A DNA stretch of 64,000 bases from Eledone cirrhosa (taxonomy: Eukaryota), in assembly GCA_964016885.1 (NCBI GenBank), contig OZ024754.1, forward strand, positions 24,304,001 to 24,368,000. The letters run 5' to 3'. The notes beneath the pieces are model-generated. The model saw only the letters and a program-made list of their open reading frames with translations, was not told where the DNA came from and did not search any database. The position numbers and the translations under genes were made by a program. Below, piece by piece: positions 56,320-64,000 of this stretch; position 1 is the first letter of the stretch; every line of letters starts with the position of its first letter.

Positions 56320-57949
56320 GTAGAGTGGTGGTAGTGGTGGTAGTTGTAGTAGTGGTGGTAGTTGTGGTAGTGGTGGTAGTGGTGGCAGTTGTCTTAGTTG
56401 TAGTAGTGGTGGTAGTTGTGATAGTGGTGGTAAGGGTGGCAGTTATCGTAGTTGTAGTAGTGGTGGTAGTTGTGATAGTGGTGGTAGTGGTGGCAGTTGT
56501 AGTAGTTGTAGTAGTGGTGGTAGCTGTGATAGTGGTGGTAGTGGTGGCAGTTGTAGTAGTTGTAGTAGTGGTGGTAGGTGTGATAGTGGTGGTAGTGGTG
56601 GCAGTTGTAGTAGTTGTAGTAGTGGTGGTAGCTGTGATAGTGGTGGTAGTGGTGGCAGTTGTAGTAGTTGTAGTAGTGGTGGTAGGTGTGATAGTGGTGG
56701 TAGTGGTGGCAGTTGTAGTAGTTGTGATTGTGATAGTGATGGTAGTTGTGGTAGCGGCGGTAGTGGTGGCAGTTGTAGTAGTTGTAGTAGTGGTGGTAGT
56801 TGTGATAGTGGTGGTAGTGGTGGCAGTTGTCGTAGTTGTAGTAGTGGTGGTAGTTGTGATAGTGGTGGTAGTGGTGGCAGTTGTCGTAGTTGTAGTAGTG
56901 GTGGTAGTTGTGGTAGTGGTGGTAGTGGTGGCAGTTGTCGTACTTGTAGTAGTGGTGGTAGTTGTGGTAGTGGTGGTAGTTGTGATAGTGGTGGTAGTTG
57001 TGGTAGTGGTGGTAGTGGTGGCAGTTGTCGTAGTTGTAGTAGTGGTGGTAGTTGTGGTAGTGGTGGTAGTGGTGGCAGTTGTCGTAGTTGTAGTAGTGGT
57101 GGTAGTTGTGGTAGTGGTGGTAGTGGTGGCAGTTGTCGTAGTTGTAGTAGTGGTGGTAGTTGTGGTAGTGGTGGTAGTGGTGGCAGTTGTCGTAGTTGTA
57201 GTAGTGGTGGTAGTTGTGGTAGTGGTGGTAGTTGTGATAGTGGTGGTAGTGGTGGCAGTTGTCGTAGTTGTAGTAGTGGTGGTAGTTGTGGTAGTGGTGG
57301 TAGTGGTGGCAGTTGTCGTAGTTGTAGTAGTGGTGGTAGTTGTGATAGTGGTGGTAGTTGTGATAGTGGTGGTAGTTGTGGTAGTGGTGGTAGTGGTGGT
57401 AGTGGTGGCAGTTGTCGTAGTTGTAGTAGTGGTGGTAGTTGTGGTAGTGGTGGTAGGTATAGAAGTGACAGTAGTGGTGGTAGTTGTGGTAGTGATGGTA
57501 GGTATAGAAGTGACAGTAGTGGTGGTAGTTGTGGTAGTGGTGGTAGGTATAGAAGTGACAGTAGTGGTGGTAGTGGTGGTAGGTATAGAAGTGACGGTAG
57601 TGGTGGTAGTTGTGGTAGTTGTGGTAGTGGTGGTAGTGGTGGTAGTGGTGGTAGTGGTGGTAGTGGAGGTAGTGGTGGTAGTTGTGGCAGTGGTGGTAGT
57701 GGTAGCAGTTGTCGTAGTTGTAGTAGTGGTGGTAGTTGTGATAGTGGTGGTAGTTGTGGTAGTGGTGGTAGTTGTGATAGTGGTGGCAGTTGTCGTAGTT
57801 GTAGTAGTGGTGGTAGTTGTGGTAGTGGTGGTAGTGGTGGTAGTGGTGGCAGTTGTCGTAGTTGTAGTAGTGGTAGTGGTGGATGAAAGGTGAAAAAATA
57901 TTGCTAGTAGGGGAAACAGCTGAATAAACAGAAAAATACAGTAATTTTG

Positions 57950-58008
<59 letters not shown>

Positions 58009-58024
58009 GGTGGTGGTGGTGGTG

Positions 58025-58086
<62 letters not shown>

Positions 58087-58123
58087 AGTAGTAGTAGTAG
58101 TAGTGGTAGTAGTAGTAGTAGTA

Positions 58124-58191
<68 letters not shown>

Positions 58192-58198
58192 GGTGGTG

Positions 58199-58260
<62 letters not shown>

Positions 58261-58297
58261 AGTAGTAGTAGTAGTAGTGGTAGTAGTAGTAGTAGTA

Positions 58298-58349
<52 letters not shown>

Positions 58350-58471
58350 GAGTAGTAGTAGTGGTAGTGGTAGTAGTAGTAGTAGTGGTGGTGGTGGTGG
58401 TGGTGGTGGTGGTGGTGGTGGTGGTAGTGGTAGTAGTAGTAGTAGTAGTAGTAGTGGGAGTAGTAGTAGTG

Positions 58472-58503
<32 letters not shown>

Positions 58504-58540
58504 AGTAGTAGTAGTAGTAGTGGTAGTAGTAGTAGTAGTA

Positions 58541-58590
<50 letters not shown>
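56320..58590. repeat. GTN-triplet satellites ((gta)n/(gtg)n/(gtt)n with longer-period units)
   Basis: Source of the poly-Val ORFs. Confidence 0.95.
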
Positions 58591-58594
<4 letters not shown>

Positions 58595-58857
58595 ATGGTG
58601 GTGGTGGTGTTTGTTGTTGTCGGAGGTGGTGGGAATGGTGGCGATAGTAGTAGTGTAGTGGTTTTTGTCGTAGTTGGTGGTGTTGGTGGTGGTAGTGGTG
58701 GTAGTGGTGATAGTTATGGTGTTGGTGGTGTTGGTGGTGGTAGTGGTGGTAGTGGTGATAGTTATGGTGTTGGTGGTGTTGGTGGTGGTAGTGGTGGTAG
58801 TGGTGGTAGTGGTGATAGTTATGGTGTTGGTGGTGTTGGTTGTAATATGACGGTTAG

Positions 58858-59402
58858 GATGGGTGTAGGGTGGGGTTAGGTTGCGACGATGGGTGTAGGG
58901 TGGGGTTAGGTTGCGACGATGGGTGTAGGGTGGGGTTAGGTTGGGTGTAGGGTGGGGCTAGGTGGGTGTAGGGTGGGGTTAGGTTGCGACGATGGGTGTA
59001 GGGTGGGGTTAGGTTGGGTGTAGGGTGGGGCTAGGTGGGTGTAGGGTGGGGTTAGGTTGGGTGTAGGGTGGGGCTAGGTGGGTGTAGGGTGGGGTTAGGT
59101 TGCGACGATGGGTGTAGGGTGGGGTTAGGTTGCGACGATGGGTGTAGGGTGGGGTTAGGTTGCGACGACGGGTGTAGGGTGGGGCTAGGTTGCGACGACG
59201 GGTGTAGGGTGGGGTTAGGTTGGGTGTAGGGTGGGGCTAGGTGGGTGTAGGGTGGGGTTAGGTTGCAACGATGGGTTTAGGGTGGGGCTAGGTTGGGTGT
59301 AGGGTGGGGCTAGGTGGGTGTAGGGTGGGGCTAGGTTGGGTGTAGGGTGGGGCTAGGTGGGTGTAGGGTGGGGCTAGGTTGCAACGATGGGTGTAGGGTG
59401 GG
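58858..59402. repeat. G-rich minisatellite gggtgtagggtgggg(t/c)taggtt(gcgacgat)
   Basis: Tandem 21-30 bp units with closely spaced GGG/GGGG runs. Confidence 0.93.
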
Positions 59403-59453
59403 ATTAGTTATGACAGTAGTGATGGAATGATGATGAGGATGATGATAGTAATG

Positions 59454-59611
59454 ATAATTGTTTCTACTTTAGGCACAAGGCCAGCAATTAACCAGTACAT
59501 TACTGGTACTTTATTTTATCGACCCCGTAAGGATGAAAGGCAAAGTTAACCTCGGTGGGATTTGAACTCAGACCGCAAAGGGACGTAACTATGCTGGAAA
59601 GCATGGCATCC
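59454..59611 (-). mobile_element. SINE family A, 5'-truncated
   Basis: Matches 12029-12187 and ends at gcatggcatcc. Confidence 0.9.
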
Positions 59612-60422
59612 TGATGATAATGCCAAGGTATTGGTGATGGTGTTAGTAGAAGTGGTGATGGTAGTGATGATGATAATGCCAAGGTATTGGTGATGGTGTT
59701 AGTAGAAGTGGTGATGGTAGTGATGATGATAATGCCAAGGTATTGGTGATGGTGTTAGTAGAAGTGGTGATGGTAGTGATGATGATAATGGCGAGGTATT
59801 GGTGATGGTGTTAGTAGAAGTGGTGATGGTAGTGATGATGATAATGCCAAGGTATTGGTGATGGTGTTAGTAGAAGTGGTGATGGTAGTGATGATGATAA
59901 TGCCAAGGTATTGGTGATGGTGTTAGTAGAAGTGGTGATGGTAGTGATGATGATAATGCCAAGGTATTGGTGATGGTGTTAGTAGAAGTGGTGATGGTAG
60001 TGATGATGATAATGCCAAGGTATTGGTGATGGTGTTAGTAGAAGTGGTGATGGTAGTGATGATGATAATGCCAAGGTATTGGTGATGGTGTTAGTAGAAG
60101 TGGTGATGGTAGTGATGATGATAATGCCAAGGTATTGGTGATGGTGTTAGTAGAAGTGGTGATGGTAGTGATGATGATAATGGCGAGGTATTGGTGATGG
60201 TGTTAGTAGAAGTGGTGATGGTAGTGATGATGATAATGGCGAGGTATTGGTGATGGTGTTAGTAGAAGTGGTGATGGTAGTGATGATGATAATGGCGAGG
60301 TATTGGTGATGGTGTTAGTAGAAGTGGTGATGGTAGTGATGATGATAATGGCGAGGTATTGGTGATGGTGTTAGTAGAACTGGTGATGGTAGTGATAGAA
60401 TGATGATGATAATGGCGAGGTA
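59612..60422. repeat. 56-bp minisatellite, ~14 copies, two variants (gccaagg / ggcgagg)
   Basis: tgccaagg at 59621, 59677, 59733 and onward, period 56. Confidence 0.95.
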
Positions 60423-61078
60423 TTTATGATGATGTTAGAAGTGTAAATGTAGATTGACGGTAGGGGTCGTGTTGTTACTGCTGCTGTTGTTGGTGGAGAG
60501 TTTAAAGACACTGGATGATGGTGATATTACTTTGTAGTAATGGTAGTTTCCTTCACTAGATTCTCGTTTTGACGAAACCACCAGACACAGCCTCTCTCTC
60601 TTTCTCTCTCTCTCTCCTCCATCTTTCTTCTTCTTCTTCTTCTTCTTCTTCTTCTTCTTCTTCTTCTTCTTCTTCTTCTTCTTCTTCTTCTTCTTCTTCT
60701 TCTTCGTCGTCTTCCTCTTCTTCTCTTTATCTCTCCCCTCTTCATCATCTCCATCTTTTAGCCTCCCATCTTCCCTTCCTCCTACTTTTTCCCTCCCTCT
60801 TACATTCTTCACCAATCCCCATCCCATCCCCTCCTCCCGTTACATTGCATGTGTTCCTACACGTGAATGAACGACTCTGTTTCTCTGTTGCTCTGTGTGT
60901 CTGTGTGTCTGTGTGCCTATGAGTGTGTGTGTCTGTGTGTGTATGTAGGAATCCGTAACTCCTGATTGAGTCGTAGGGGCGCCTTTGTAATATACTTTGC
61001 CACTTTTTGTTAAACCTCTTCCAAAGCAGAAGAGAAAGAGTCAGGACGAGTGAGAGAGCGAGAGAGAGAGAGTGAGAG

Positions 61079-61127
<49 letters not shown>

Positions 61128-61319
61128 GTGAAAATGAGGTATAGAACAAGAATCGATCCTAGTACTGGACTGGTATTCTTTTTTTATCGAAAGGATAAAA
61201 GCAAAACTGACCTCGGAGGGATTTGAGCTCAGAATGCAGAGAGTCAGAACGAATAGCTCAAAGCATTCTATTCAACGTTTTAACTGTTGTTCTACTAATA
61301 CTTCGCCTCTAGACAACAT

Positions 61320-61491
61320 AATATATACGTTACAACGAATACCATTATACCAAATTTTTCAGTATAACGAAATTTTTTTCAATCCCGGCTACACGCTCGA
61401 TATGTTAGGTCGATCTCATTATAAAAACGTTTTCGTTACAACGAATTTTTTTTTTACCCTGTGAATTTCATTATAACGGAAATTCACTGTA
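61320..61491. mobile_element. Tc1/mariner-pogo(Tigger)-like MITE remnant
   Basis: Repeated cgttacaacga/tataacga subterminal motifs and terminus ttataacggaaattcactg-ta. Confidence 0.55.
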
Positions 61492-62145
61492 TCAATAACA
61501 GCAGAAATGTTCAGGCTTAAAATTATAAATCAAATGATTGTTTAACCCGACACTATTAAAAGGTACATGGACATTTAAATTAAGAACAGAATAGATTTAA
61601 GCTAAAAACTATTTCTTGTTTCAGCGTATTTATTTAAGACGGCGAATTGGCAGATTAAATACCAAGCTGGTTTTTTTGGCTTCCTGTACTCTGGGTTCAT
61701 ATATTACCGAGGTCAAATTTGCCCTTTACCCATTCAGGGTTGAAATATAAAGTAAACAGTCCAAAGTCTTGTAGTATCTCTTTCAATCCTCTGATCAAAC
61801 TGGAACCAAATTATATCAGACCCATGTCTTCCCGTTGGACAATATCTATTGCGTGAGAAGGAACTTTCTAGATGAGGAGCATCTCTCAGAAAGAGAGAGT
61901 TAGTTCCACAACAAATTAGCAATCCATATTCAAGGACACGTGTTTCACCGGACGGATTTTCAACCCGTGTATGGTTGCGGTGAGAACGGAATCCACACGA
62001 AATCGTTTCCCTTACTGTTTAACGAAAGTGTGCACTCTGGTCAGCTGAGTTCGAACTTTAATAATACGAACTTGGTTTTCCATAGAGTGAGTGAGGAAAT
62101 GGCCGAAGCTATGTCCGATCTATTCGACTTGCTTCGTCTCCTAAT

Positions 62146-62258
<113 letters not shown>

Positions 62259-62352
62259 ATACACACACACAAGAGAATAATAAGTGATCTAAACAGTAGA
62301 TTTTAGCAATAATTTCGAACAATTTTAGTTTCCATGAAAACAAACTTCAAGA

Positions 62353-62428
62353 AATGACGGACAATGACGGACAATGACGTACAATGTCGGACAATGTCGG
62401 ACAATGCCGGACAATGTCGAACAATGTT
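62353..62428. repeat. 10-bp tandem repeat (acaatgwcgg)
   Basis: About seven copies visible. Confidence 0.9.
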
Positions 62429-62801
62429 GAAAATAGATCTCGTAGTAGAAAAATGTTCATTGTTCTACACTGTATTTTATTCGGTTTTATGTTTTTTTTT
62501 TTTTTTTTTTTTTGCATCTGTTCTTTTTAGTGGTTGACATTATTTTGTGTCTTATCTCCTCTAATATAGGCTATTTCTGTTTACTATTTGCCAACTGTTG
62601 AATGCTAATCAACATTATCCGGCACCAATAAACCTGTCATCTCTTGGAAACAACAACAACAACAATAAACAAAAACATTGCCAAGTGTTAAATCCAATAG
62701 GAAAAATTAGCTACTACAAACGAGTGATTAATCACGTATACGCACACACAAAGATAGATAGACAGACAGACACACACACACACACATACAGACACACGCC
62801 G

Positions 62802-62850
<49 letters not shown>

Positions 62851-63054
62851 TATACATACAAGAAGACGATAAAATATGGGTAGGTGTTTCTGTATGCATT
62901 ATAGACTCAATCTTTGTATCTCTCTTTCTTTCTCATTCTCTCTCATATGTGTGTGTGTATGTACATGTGTGTTTATATATATATATATATATATATATAT
63001 CGTTTCTGAATTTGTTTAGCAAGATTCTTTATCTGAAATCGTGTGTTGAAACCG

Positions 63055-63465
63055 ATATTGTTATATTGTTATACTTTGGGAGGGTCATATTGCCAATAAG
63101 AAACACACGCACCAGTTGCTTTCACTTCAATTTATTATATATTTATAAATTTATAAATTCACAAATCTACAAACTTATAAATTTCTGGTTGGTTGGTTGG
63201 TTCCACAACCAGATAGTTGTTTATATATAGTCATAGTCCTTTCGTCACACACTCTGTGACCTCTTCAGTGACTGGGGATTCCTTTCTTTGTTTCTGTGCC
63301 TTTCCTTTCTTCTATCCTACGCCATTTTGTTTCTGTGTGTGTGTTGTGTGCTCAGTTTGCGCATGCGCCACATCCGGGTGTCTATTTGTTTATTTATTTA
63401 TTTGTTTATTGTTGGTGCGTGTATTGGCGTGTATTGGCAACATGACCCTCCCAAAGTATAACAAT
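63055..63465 (-). mobile_element. Family C hammerhead element with an inverted second 3' end
   Basis: Minus-strand HHR agtca-CTGAAGA-g-GTCACA-gagtg-TGTGAC-GAAAG-ga-CTA-tgact (63229-63273). The terminus tgaccctcccaaagtataacaata faces outward at both ends. Confidence 0.8.
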
Positions 63466-63699
63466 ATATATATATATATATATATATTTATTAAAATAAC
63501 AGATTAAAGTTTAAGCAAAGAATCGCTGCTTTCACCCTTAACGGGATCGTCTGAAACTAATCTGTTATTTTAATAAATATTTGTTCTACGGTTCTTATAT
63601 ATTTGATATATATTTATCCTTATCGAACCCTCTTTGGATTTTAGTCTTCAAATTTATTATTATTACTATTATTACTATATATATATATAGTAATAATAA

Positions 63700-63848
63700 C
63701 ATTACTGGTACTTTATTTTATCGACCCCGTAAGGATGAAAGGCAAAGTTAACCTCGGCGGGATTTGAACTCAGAATGGCAAGGGCCGTAACTCCATACGT
63801 CAAAGCATGGCGTCCGACCCTCTACCGACACTGCCAATCCACCGCCCT
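63700..63848 (-). mobile_element. SINE family A
   Basis: Core, B box and head ctgccaatccaccgccc. Confidence 0.9.
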
Positions 63849-64000
63849 AATAATAATAATAATAATATTAATAATAATAATAATGGTTTCTTTATTAATC
63901 ACAAGGGTTGACACAAAGTAAAACATTAAGGACAGTACAGGACGGTACAAATGGGCATTTCTGCGTGTAAAAAAACAAAAACAGAGGATGTAACAAAAAA

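Noticed and set aside
55046-58879. Long ORFs of 310-550 aa (poly-Val; Pro/His/Thr-rich)
   Set aside because: They are translations of stop-poor satellites. The same peptides appear in more than one frame and there are no domains.
58858-59402. Telomeric array
   Set aside because: No tandem (TTAGGG)n, only isolated ggttagg words within a longer unit.

Overview
Repeat-saturated, AT-rich animal DNA, most likely an octopod cephalopod (inferred from tRNA-SINE families and very dense (TA)n/(CA)n/(GA)n microsatellites). The only credible host gene is a Gremlin-type DAN-family BMP antagonist (16480-17112, minus), whose whole CDS lies behind a splice acceptor 1 nt upstream of the ATG. The other ORF-track entries are microsatellite artefacts, decayed transposon fragments (R4/Dong, RTE, Helitron, hAT, a possible L1/Tx1) or have no recognisable product. 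The main result is a 7.2 kb array at 35981-43176 of ~23 near-identical 310-bp non-coding units. Each full unit carries an intact minimal type I hammerhead ribozyme (GUAGUC-CUGAUGA-U-UUCU-aaca-AGAA-U-GAAAC-GC-GUA|GAUUAC, palindromic helix III) inside a highly structured monomer, as expected of a non-LTR retrozyme or circRNA template. The array is a large inverted repeat whose two 3' ends run into (TA)n. Several unrelated short elements inserted in (TA)n also carry intact, variant (U3-A8) or decayed hammerheads and fold-back duplications, suggesting a diverse Penelope-like/retrozyme population. All calls were made by eye; no searches or folding programs were run.
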